Source: Candidatus Nanoarchaeia archaeon
GTDB taxonomy: Archaea > Nanobdellota > Nanobdellia > SCGC-AAA011-G17 > GW2011-AR20
Length of the DNA: 45,413 nucleotides
Assembly (NCBI GenBank): GCA_035288805.1
Contig: DATDZG010000036.1
Span: 1-45,413 of the forward strand
Direction of reading: 5' to 3'
Of the stretch, positions 1-6,613 are shown piece by piece. Position 1 is the stretch's first letter; each line of letters opens with the position of its first letter. Below the pieces are notes generated by a model. The model was not told the origin of the DNA. It worked only from the letters and a program-made list of their open reading frames with translations, and searched no databases. The translations under genes and the position numbers were made by a program.

Positions 1-238
1 GGGAAGGATGTCTTAGTACGAGAGGAACAGGCATTCGTAGCCTCTGGTGATCAGTTGTCTTACAAGGCAGGCTGAGCAGCTACGCTATAAGTCATAACTT
101 CTGAAAGCATCTAAGAAGGAAAGACCCCTTGAAAAGAGACACGAGAAACTCCTGTAAAATACAGGGTTGATAGGATCGTGGTGTACGCACGCAGCGCAAG
201 CAACGTGTTCAGCCAGCGATTACTAATCGTTTCGAAAA
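1..238 (+). rRNA. rrl: 23S rRNA, 3'-terminal ~240 nt (gene continues off the left edge)
   Basis: Sarcin-ricin loop motif AGTACGAGAGGAAC at 15-28, then GAAAGCATCTAAG and GGGTTGATAGG...TACTAAT blocks typical of the LSU 3' domain. No ORF. The 3' end is approximate. Confidence 0.9.
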
Positions 239-263
239 TCTACACTATGTTTTCCAGCAAAAG

Positions 264-323
264 TATTTCTTTTGCGAACTTTTCTTTTTAAGAAAAGCTC
301 TGCACAGCTCTTTTCTTTTTCAC
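264..323 (+). repeat. Composite T/A-rich hairpin repeat, copy R1
   Basis: TATTTCTTTTGCGAAC / TTTTCTTTTTAAGAAAAG hairpin / CTCTGCACAGCTC / TTTTCTTTTTCAC. Same module order as 1218-1284. Confidence 0.6.
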
Positions 324-328
324 ATTAA

Positions 329-337
329 TTTTATAAA
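329..337 (+). promoter_or_regulatory. Archaeal TATA-like box for the NIF3 gene
   Basis: TTTTATAAA ends 23 nt before the ATG at 360. The same spacing recurs at many genes in the window. Confidence 0.5.
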
Positions 338-359
338 CCATCTTTCTTTAGTATAAACT

Positions 360-1211
360 ATGAAAGCAAGTCAACTCTACAAAACACTTGAAAAAGATTT
401 CATTACTCCAAAATTGAGTGATGAATGGGCAAAACATATGACCTCTATTGCAGATTTTGTGAGTGCGAATTTTAAAAAAAGATCAATGGGTTTGGTTTGT
501 GATTTCTCAAAAGAAATTAATCACGTGTACACCGCAGTATTTCCCTCAAACCCGGTTTTACAAAGAATCCTAGATGATGACACTCAAGATGCAATGCTCT
601 TTGTTCATCACCCATCAACGTGGGATATTACGAAAGCTCCAAACGTCTTTCAGCTGATGGACAGAAAATTGCTTGAAGAATTAAAATCAAGAAGAATCTC
701 TATCTACAATCTTCATGTACCTTTAGACGATTACGGTCCATATTCTACCAGTGTTACCTTAGCAAAAGCTCTTGCAATCCAACCAGAAAAACCTTTTGCT
801 CATTATTTTGGCTCATTATCCGGAGTACTCGGAAGAACAGAAGTATCAACAGTACAGGAACTAAGAAAATTCTTTGAAAAAGCAATGGAACATAAAGTGA
901 GTTTATACTCTTATGGAGACAAGAAGATAAAAGGGGGCATTGTTGCGGTTATTGCTGGTGGAGGAAACGATGTTGATATGCTCACAGAAATTGCTGAAGC
1001 AGGAGTAAATACTTTTGTAACAGGCATTACAGCAAAGAATAGTCATTCACAAAAAGCACACGAGTTTGCAAAAGAACACGGAATCAACATCTTAGGGGGA
1101 ACGCATTACTCTACGGAGACTTTTGCATGCATTGCAATGTGCAACTATTTTAAGAAACAAGGATTGCCAGCCGAATTTATTAAGGATAAACCCGTAATGG
1201 AAGATTTATAG
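360..1211 (+). CDS. NIF3 family (DUF34) dinuclear-metal-centre protein
   Basis: 283 aa. It has the HHP motif (LFVHHPSTWD) and the C-terminal GGTHYSTE motif characteristic of NIF3/YbgI proteins. Confidence 0.75.
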   Translation: MKASQLYKTLEKDFITPKLSDEWAKHMTSIADFVSANFKKRSMGLVCDFSKEINHVYTAVFPSNPVLQRILDDDTQDAMLFVHHPSTWDITKAPNVFQLMDRKLLEELKSRRISIYNLHVPLDDYGPYSTSVTLAKALAIQPEKPFAHYFGSLSGVLGRTEVSTVQELRKFFEKAMEHKVSLYSYGDKKIKGGIVAVIAGGGNDVDMLTEIAEAGVNTFVTGITAKNSHSQKAHEFAKEHGINILGGTHYSTETFACIAMCNYFKKQGLPAEFIKDKPVMEDL

Positions 1212-1217
1212 TTTAAC

Positions 1218-1284
1218 GTTTTCTTTTTTCCGAATTTTTTTCTTTACAAAAAGAAAAAAACTCTAGCACAGCTCTTTTCTTTCA
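1218..1284 (+). repeat. Composite T/A-rich hairpin repeat, copy R2
   Basis: GTTTTCTTTTTTCCGAA / TTTTTTTCTTTACAAAAAGAAAAAAA hairpin / CTCTAGCACAGCTC / TTTTCTTTCAC. Collinear with R1. Confidence 0.6.
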
Positions 1285-1309
1285 CAAATTGACTTATCGC
1301 CTGTGCCCC

Positions 1310-1326
1310 GTTGAGATTTTCTCAAC
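1310..1326. other. Perfect 7-bp hairpin between two repeat copies, upstream of the sigma genes
   Basis: GTTGAGA-TTT-TCTCAAC in a locally GC-richer patch (CGCCTGTGCCCCG...). Function unknown. Confidence 0.3.
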
Positions 1327-1351
1327 TAGGGTTCACAATTGTTTACATTCT

Positions 1352-1397
1352 GTTTTCTTTTTTGCGAACGTTTTTCTTTCCTAAAGAAAAGCTTTTT
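1352..1397 (+). repeat. Composite T/A-rich hairpin repeat, copy R3
   Basis: GTTTTCTTTTTTGCGAAC / GTTTTTCTTTCCTAAAGAAAAGC. Confidence 0.55.
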
Positions 1398-1404
1398 TAA
1401 ATTT
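1394..1404 (+). promoter_or_regulatory. Archaeal TATA-like box upstream of sigma gene 1
   Basis: TTTTTAAATTT lies about 26-28 nt upstream of the ATG at 1430. No Shine-Dalgarno sequence is present. Confidence 0.45.
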
Positions 1405-1429
1405 TTCTATCCTCTCCAAATAGAGGAAT

Positions 1430-2305
1430 ATGTTAACAGACAAAATACAAGAACCAACTTCAATTCAGCTAAGAGTTATAGGAAGATCTTTAGAAGTGTA
1501 TGCCCAAGATATTGGTGAATATGGCCTTATCTCACGTGAAGAGGAAGAGAATCTCGCCCGCAGGATTCAATTAGGAGATAAAAAAGCAAGAAATAAATTA
1601 GTTGAGGCTAATCTAAGATTCGTATGGACAATAGCAAATGAATATTATTCAGGAAGAACCCCTTTAGAAGATTTAATCAGTTATGGAAATCTAGGATTAA
1701 TTGCTGCGGCAGAAAGATTCAATCCAAAAAAAGCCAGATTCATAACCTACGGCGTTTGGTGGATTAGACAAACTATTCTTCAAGGTATTTTAGAGCAAAG
1801 AACAGTAAGACTCCCAAACAATCGGGTTGATAAACTATCAGACATCCTTGAATTGCAGGGATTAGGATTAAACAATAACCAAATTTCAGAAGAGTTAAGT
1901 TTAACTCAAAAACAATTGGACAGATATCTTTTAGATTTAAGAAACCCTCTTTCTTTAGACCAGCCAATTAATGAGGATAATCAACACACCTTATCATCAA
2001 TTATTCCAGATTTTTATCAAAAAACTCCAGAAGAAGAACTCAAGGAATCAAGTATGAAAGAAGCTGTTAAAGAAGCTCTAGCAACCTTAGAGGAAAGAGA
2101 AGCTGAAGTGATTAGACTAAACTTTGGTCTTGATGATCATGAAGAAAAAAGTCTTGAAGACATAAGCAAACAATTTAGTTTAACAAAAGAAAGGATTAGG
2201 CAAATTAGAAATAAAGCTCTTGAAAAATTAAGGCATTCAAAGAGAGCAAGTATCCTTCAAAGATGCTCTCCAAACCACAAATATACCCTCCCCCAGTATC
2301 TTTAA
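1430..2305 (+). CDS. Sigma-70 family RNA polymerase sigma factor, paralog 1 (regions 1.2, 2, 3, 4)
   Basis: 291 aa. Region 2: LVEANLRFVWTIANEY, DLISYGNLGLIAAAERF, YGVWWIRQTI. Region 3.0: RTVRLPNNRVDKL. Region 4.1: EREAEVIRLNFGL. Region 4.2 HTH: SLTKERIRQIRNKALEKLRH. Confidence 0.9.
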   Translation: MLTDKIQEPTSIQLRVIGRSLEVYAQDIGEYGLISREEEENLARRIQLGDKKARNKLVEANLRFVWTIANEYYSGRTPLEDLISYGNLGLIAAAERFNPKKARFITYGVWWIRQTILQGILEQRTVRLPNNRVDKLSDILELQGLGLNNNQISEELSLTQKQLDRYLLDLRNPLSLDQPINEDNQHTLSSIIPDFYQKTPEEELKESSMKEAVKEALATLEEREAEVIRLNFGLDDHEEKSLEDISKQFSLTKERIRQIRNKALEKLRHSKRASILQRCSPNHKYTLPQYL

Positions 2306-2329
2306 AAATAAAAAAGAACCCCTTATATA

Positions 2330-3241
2330 ATGTCAAGATTACAATACAAAGAAGAACCAACAAAGCAGGATATGAGAGCAATCTCTCAATATCTTAAAGA
2401 GCTGGGAATAGAAGATGTATTGTCAAAAGAAGAAGAATATTCTTTGGTAAAAAGAATGAAGCTAGGCGATGCCGAGGCAAAAGAAAAACTAATAACCTCA
2501 AATCTTCGTTTTGTAGTTTCAGTAGCAAACAAAGAAGCAAGAAAAAGATTTTCTCATTTAAGGGATGACCCATCAGAGTATGATGAAGCAAAAAGTGATC
2601 TTATTTCAGAAGGAAACCTGGGATTAATGAAAGCTATAGAAAGATTTGATGAAACTCAGGGGTATAAACTCATCAGTTATGCAGTCTTTTGGATTAGACA
2701 GGCAATGATAGTTTACTCTTTAAACCAGTCACATACAGTAAGGCTTCCAAGCAATAGAATTGCAGTGCGTTCAAAAGTGAGAAAATTAGAAGATAGCCAT
2801 TATGTCGAAACAGGAGAAAAATTAACCCTGGATGAAATCGCATGTGAAACAGGATTAACAAAATCATCTATCCGTAATGCATTTGCAGTGGACAACAAAC
2901 CAATACGCCTCGACATCCCAATATCTAATGACACAGAGACAACACTTTATGATTTCTTGACCGACCCCCATCAACTCTCCCTGGAGGCATCACTATTAAA
3001 ATCAAAACTCAGGAAAGATATAGAATATTCACTAAAAGGGCTTGCAGAAAGAGAAGCAGAGGTTATCAGATTGTATTTCGGATTAGAAGATAATGGAGAT
3101 GGAAAAACTTTAGAAGAGATAGGAATTAAATTTGGAGTAACAAGAGAAAGAGTCAGGCAAATAAAGGAACAAGCAATAAGAAAGTTAAGGCACCATTCAA
3201 GAAGAGGGAAACTTGAATCTCATTGGAGAGAAATGAATTAA
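2330..3241 (+). CDS. Sigma-70 family RNA polymerase sigma factor, paralog 2
   Basis: 303 aa. Motifs: LITSNLRFVVSVANKE, DLISEGNLGLMKAIERF, YAVFWIRQAM, HTVRLPSNR, EREAEVIRLYFGL, VTRERVRQIKEQAIRKLRH. An extra insert (KRFSHLRDDPSEYDEAKS) lies between regions 2.1 and 2.2. A TTTAAAAATA box at 2301-2310 overlaps the stop of paralog 1. Confidence 0.9.
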   Translation: MSRLQYKEEPTKQDMRAISQYLKELGIEDVLSKEEEYSLVKRMKLGDAEAKEKLITSNLRFVVSVANKEARKRFSHLRDDPSEYDEAKSDLISEGNLGLMKAIERFDETQGYKLISYAVFWIRQAMIVYSLNQSHTVRLPSNRIAVRSKVRKLEDSHYVETGEKLTLDEIACETGLTKSSIRNAFAVDNKPIRLDIPISNDTETTLYDFLTDPHQLSLEASLLKSKLRKDIEYSLKGLAEREAEVIRLYFGLEDNGDGKTLEEIGIKFGVTRERVRQIKEQAIRKLRHHSRRGKLESHWREMN

Positions 3242-3258
3242 TAAACAAGGAAAATCAA

Positions 3259-4116
3259 ATGGCAAATTATGAAAGAGAACCAACATCAATAGGTCTAGAT
3301 TCTTTGGACATTTATTTCAAAGAAGTTAAATCATCAGATAATCTAAGCTATGAACAAGAAAGAGATCTTACAAGAAGAATAAGGTCGGGAGACGAAAGTG
3401 CAAGAGAGGAGTTAGTAGTAAAAAATCTCCGCTTTGTTATCTCTGTTGCAAGAGAGTATAGAAATCTAGGATTGCCTTTAGAAGATTTAATAGGTTGTGG
3501 AAATCTAGGATTAATGAATGCCATACAAGGATTTGACGAAACAAAAGGATTCAAATTTATCAGCTACGCAGTCTTTTGGATTCGACAAGCAATCCTGCAA
3601 AAATTAGCAGAAGAAAGAACAGTAAGAGTTCCTTTAAATCAAATAGACCTTTACTTGAAAATAAAAAAACAAAGAGATGAATACGCAAAAGATAACAATG
3701 GAGAAGAAATCTCTTTAGAAGAACTTGCACAAAAAACAGGCTCAACAACAGCCAAGATAGAATATGCTCTTAAAGCAACGAGAACAAATTTATCCCTAGA
3801 CGCACAATTTGATGAAGATGGAGAAAGAAATTTATATAATCTTCTTGCCTCAAGTGAAACTTCACCCGAACAAGCAGCTTATTTATCCGAGCTCAAAGAA
3901 AAAGTGAGAAGAGCATTAAGCCAGTTAGAACAAAATGAAGCAGAAGTTATCTCTTTGTACTTTGGATTAGAAGATGGAAGGGATAGAATAACCTTAGAAG
4001 AAATCGGCAAGCAGAAGGATTTAACTCGAGAAAGAGTCAGGCAAATCAAAGAAAAAGCCCTAAAGAAGTTAAGGCATAGGAATAGAGGCCTTCATGAATT
4101 ATACAAAGAGATGTAA
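3259..4116 (+). CDS. Sigma-70 family RNA polymerase sigma factor, paralog 3
   Basis: Motifs: LVVKNLRFVISVAREY, DLIGCGNLGLMNAIQGF, YAVFWIRQAI, RTVRVPLNQ, QNEAEVISLYFGL, LTRERVRQIKEKALKKLRH. The start is set at MANYEREPTS by alignment with the EPT(S/K) N-termini of paralogs 1 and 2. The ORF track start at 3223 is less likely. Confidence 0.88.
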   Translation: MANYEREPTSIGLDSLDIYFKEVKSSDNLSYEQERDLTRRIRSGDESAREELVVKNLRFVISVAREYRNLGLPLEDLIGCGNLGLMNAIQGFDETKGFKFISYAVFWIRQAILQKLAEERTVRVPLNQIDLYLKIKKQRDEYAKDNNGEEISLEELAQKTGSTTAKIEYALKATRTNLSLDAQFDEDGERNLYNLLASSETSPEQAAYLSELKEKVRRALSQLEQNEAEVISLYFGLEDGRDRITLEEIGKQKDLTRERVRQIKEKALKKLRHRNRGLHELYKEM

Positions 4117-4133
4117 AAAGAGGCCTAGCAATC

Positions 4134-4141
4134 TTTATAAA
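4134..4141 (+). promoter_or_regulatory. Archaeal TATA box of the ncRNA gene
   Basis: TTTATAAA is centred about 27 nt upstream of the GCCGCG at 4166. Confidence 0.55.
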
Positions 4142-4165
4142 CAATCAACTCGACTTTTTTCATAA

Positions 4166-4420
4166 GCCGCGATGGCACAACCCGGTACTGCGCAAACCTT
4201 TTCTTTTTGAAAAAAGAAAACCTTTACGAAAAGAAAAACAAAGGGCGTTGGCCTGGAAGAGCCTTTTTAGAAAAAAGGTTCGCGAAAAAACGCGATAGGA
4301 AAACTTCCGTACCAGTGAGCTTGTTTCCGCAAGGATATCCCGGTTCAAAAATAAGGGTGCCCACCGGTCCCCTTATAAACCCTCGGGAACCATGAGGGTG
4401 CTGAAAGTCCGGGTCGCGGC
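4166..4420 (+). ncRNA. Structured RNA gene of uncertain identity (RNase P RNA-like motifs; see findings)
   Basis: There is no credible ORF. A TATA box lies at 4134-4141 and a T5 run at 4426-4430. The 5' GCCGCG (4166-4171) pairs with the 3' CGCGGC (4415-4420), and ACCCGG (4180-4185) pairs with CCGGGT (4409-4414). Local hairpins are ACCCTC/GAGGGT (4379-4399) and CC-GCAA-GG (4327-4334). GAAAGTCCGGG (4403-4413) equals the RNase P CR-I core, and ACAACCCGGTA (4177-4187) resembles CR-V. Confidence 0.6.
4196..4290 (-). repeat. Two tandem copies of the hairpin repeat (reverse orientation) inside the ncRNA gene
   Basis: Reverse complement reads CGTTTTTTCGCGAAC-CTTTTTTCTAAAAAGG-CTCTTCCAGGCC... and GTTTTTCTTTTCGTAAA-GGTTTTCTTTTTTCAAAAAGAAAAGG. 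Module order matches R1-R3. Confidence 0.5.
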
Positions 4421-4500
4421 GATTATTTTTCTGGGTGTCTACAAAACAACCCAATTGTAGTCACCTAAGATAGAAACGAAAAACAAAGGAGGAGGAAAAA

Positions 4501-4959
4501 ATGAAAACAAAAAATATTCTAACATTTTTGGCAATAGTAATGTTGATAGCTTTAACTGCATGCAACTCAAAACAAACAAGTCCAGATACAGGAACAATAA
4601 CAACAGGCACACAAGCGTCAACAGGCGCAGAACCAACAACAACTTTAAAATCATCAGCAACAGGACAAGCAGTCTCGGAAACAATAAAAGAGATTAACAT
4701 CGAAGCATACAATTTCGGATTTAATCAAGACAAGGTTGCAATAAATAAAGGAGATAAAGTAAGACTCCGCATTACAAGCAAATCAGGAACTCATGGTGTA
4801 AAAATCCCAGGATTAGGTTTATCAACAGGAAAAATTTCCCCTGGAGAAGAAAAAATCTTAGAGTTCACAGCAGATAATCCTGGAAGCTACGATTACTATT
4901 GCAATGTTCCTTGCGGTGAAGGCCATAAAAGTATGAAAGGAACTTTGGTGGTGCAGTAA
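4501..4959 (+). CDS. Secreted lipobox protein with a cupredoxin domain and a CuA-like ligand motif
   Basis: The signal peptide ends in the lipobox LTAC (MKTKNILTFLAIVMLIALTAC), followed by a T/S/G-rich linker. The C-terminus has THG...CNVPCGEGHKSM, matching C-x3-C-G-x2-H-x2-M as in COX2/N2OR CuA sites. An AGGAGGAGG Shine-Dalgarno sequence lies upstream. Confidence 0.7.
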   Translation: MKTKNILTFLAIVMLIALTACNSKQTSPDTGTITTGTQASTGAEPTTTLKSSATGQAVSETIKEINIEAYNFGFNQDKVAINKGDKVRLRITSKSGTHGVKIPGLGLSTGKISPGEEKILEFTADNPGSYDYYCNVPCGEGHKSMKGTLVVQ

Positions 4960-5369
4960 TGACCACTCCTTCTTTATTTCCCTTAAGGCTTTCTTTCCTA
5001 AAGAAAGGCTTAAAATACTCCCCAATAATCATGCGTATTTCAATAGCCTTAGTTTTCTTATGGTTCGGATTTAATCAAATATTTTTACCGGAAGATTTTC
5101 TTGGCTACCTGCCAGATTTTACATCTTCATTCAATCCATCATTACTAATACTCTTAAACGGTTGTTTAGAAGTAATCCTGGGAATCTTTTTAATTCTAGG
5201 ATTATTCACAAGGCTAGCATCATTCATCTTAGCAATTCACTTGCTAGGAATCATGTTCTCTCTTGGTTACAACGAGATAGAAGTAAGAGATTTTGGATTG
5301 ATGATGGCAACATTCGCTATTTTCCTTCATGGAGAAGATGAGTGGTGCTTGGATATTAAACGAAAATAG
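4959..5369 (+). CDS. DoxX-family small membrane protein
   Basis: 136 aa with 4 predicted TM segments. RISIALVFLWFGFNQIF is DoxX-like. Its start overlaps the cupredoxin stop (ATGA-type coupling). Confidence 0.55.
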   Translation: MTTPSLFPLRLSFLKKGLKYSPIIMRISIALVFLWFGFNQIFLPEDFLGYLPDFTSSFNPSLLILLNGCLEVILGIFLILGLFTRLASFILAIHLLGIMFSLGYNEIEVRDFGLMMATFAIFLHGEDEWCLDIKRK

Positions 5370-5417
5370 ATAAAGAAAATTGATAAACCATTTAAACATT
5401 AAATCTATTAATCAACA

Positions 5418-5744
5418 ATGCCTATAAAAGAAGATTTTATCGAAATGATGCATAAACTAACAGAGATTACATCATATTCTCATGCTGCATTAAAATTTTT
5501 AAATCCTCAACATTCTTTGCTTAAAAGAGTGATTATATACTATTCTGAAGAATTAGGCAGAGTAGAATTTATTCCATTATTAAGCTACCATCTTAACTAT
5601 ATGAACTGGCACGAGGAAAGAGTATCTGACATATCATCTCTGTTAGAATCCAACGAAGATTTATTAGGGGTTATTAAAACAATAAAAACAAAAGAGAGAG
5701 AAGATTTCTACACCATGTACCCAGAATTTTATTGTCAAAATTAA
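5418..5744 (+). CDS. Hypothetical protein
   Basis: 108-aa ORF on the same strand as the two preceding genes. No recognisable motif. Confidence 0.4.
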   Translation: MPIKEDFIEMMHKLTEITSYSHAALKFLNPQHSLLKRVIIYYSEELGRVEFIPLLSYHLNYMNWHEERVSDISSLLESNEDLLGVIKTIKTKEREDFYTMYPEFYCQN

Positions 5745-5766
5745 AAAAATAAAAAAAGCAAATTAA
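5743..5766 (-). terminator. Oligo-T terminator block shared with 8701-8723
   Basis: The minus strand reads TTAATTTGCTTTTTTTATTTTTTT, i.e. the stop codon of the TrmB gene followed by T7 and T7 runs. A 23-nt stretch is identical to 8701-8723. Confidence 0.5.
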
Positions 5767-6518
5767 CTGCTAGAATTCTTCCACATAATACTAAAATAAG
5801 ATTTGAAACTGTTTGCTAATGCTCTATCCCTTACAACGAATGCAAGAGGATTATCAAGAAGGATAACAAATAATACCTTATCTGGGAAAATATCAATCCA
5901 ATTAGGACTAACGAGATTATCAGGGAGATAGCGCACATATGTTAGATTCATCTTTTTTCTAATCTCGCCGTACTTTCTAGCATCGGAATTATAAATAATC
6001 TTTAAATTTATCCTCCTTCTAATTCTTTTTTTATGGAAATCTAAAAACCACCCTTCCCATTTGAGGTTGGCAATCTTTGGCGCGCCAAGAACTAAAAGGG
6101 TATCATTAGGTTTAAATTGAGTCATGAGCTCCTCACGTATTGTTTTAATACCATGAAAACCTTCATATATTTCAGCAACTCTTTTCCCAGGAGAAGAGTT
6201 TCTCTCTCGTACTAATCTAGGCAGAATATCAGAGATAACCTCTTTTTTGGTCATCCCAAGTTCGTGTTCTTTCTTCTCGACATAATCCAGGAGCATATTA
6301 GGATTATTGGCTGCAAAGTATTTTGTTCCGTTTTTCGTGATATACCCCACTAACCCTTTTTCAATAAGTCTGTCAAGGATATCATAGATTTTAGATTTAG
6401 AAACTTTGCTTCCTTTGCCAATGGACCCAATGCTTGACTCACCAAGTTTATTCAATGCCAGATATACTTTAACTTCTCCCTGAGTTAAACCAAGTTTTTC
6501 AAGCAGCAAGGTATTCAT
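5763..6518 (-). CDS. TrmB-family transcriptional regulator
   Basis: N-terminal wHTH: LGLTQGEVKVYLALNKLGESSIGSIGKGSKVSKSKIYDILDRLIEKGLV. The length (251 aa) and C-terminal domain are typical of TrmB. Confidence 0.75.
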   Translation of the reverse strand: MNTLLLEKLGLTQGEVKVYLALNKLGESSIGSIGKGSKVSKSKIYDILDRLIEKGLVGYITKNGTKYFAANNPNMLLDYVEKKEHELGMTKKEVISDILPRLVRERNSSPGKRVAEIYEGFHGIKTIREELMTQFKPNDTLLVLGAPKIANLKWEGWFLDFHKKRIRRRINLKIIYNSDARKYGEIRKKMNLTYVRYLPDNLVSPNWIDIFPDKVLFVILLDNPLAFVVRDRALANSFKSYFSIMWKNSSS

Positions 6519-6613
6519 CTTCTCATCAAATAAACAGAGTTTATTAATCTTTCTATAAGTAACCCCCTATAGGGGAGACTAAATTTATAAACCTAATTTA
6601 TCTATTCACCACT

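Noticed and set aside
1289-1317. Bacterial-type -35/-10 promoter (TTGACT-N17-TGAGAT) upstream of the sigma genes
   Set aside because: The -10 match is poor (about half of the consensus), and such matches are expected by chance in AT-rich DNA. A well-placed archaeal TATA-like box exists at 1394-1404.
4166-4420. ncRNA as SRP (7S) RNA
   Set aside because: The 5' and 3' ends pair, and GTGCTGA...GGGTCGCG loosely resembles a helix 5 strand. However, I cannot find the invariant helix 8 motif (a GNRA loop followed by an AGCA-type symmetric loop). The GGCCTGGAAGAGCC hairpin looks like part of the dispersed repeat. SRP is kept only as an alternative to test.
4160-4712. ORF-track entries overlapping the ncRNA (4160-4348, 4207-4395, 4224-4454, 4439-4684, 4461-4712)
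   Set aside because: They are short and mutually overlapping on both strands, with low-complexity or implausible peptides. They lie over a promoter/terminator-bounded structured RNA or antisense to the cupredoxin gene.
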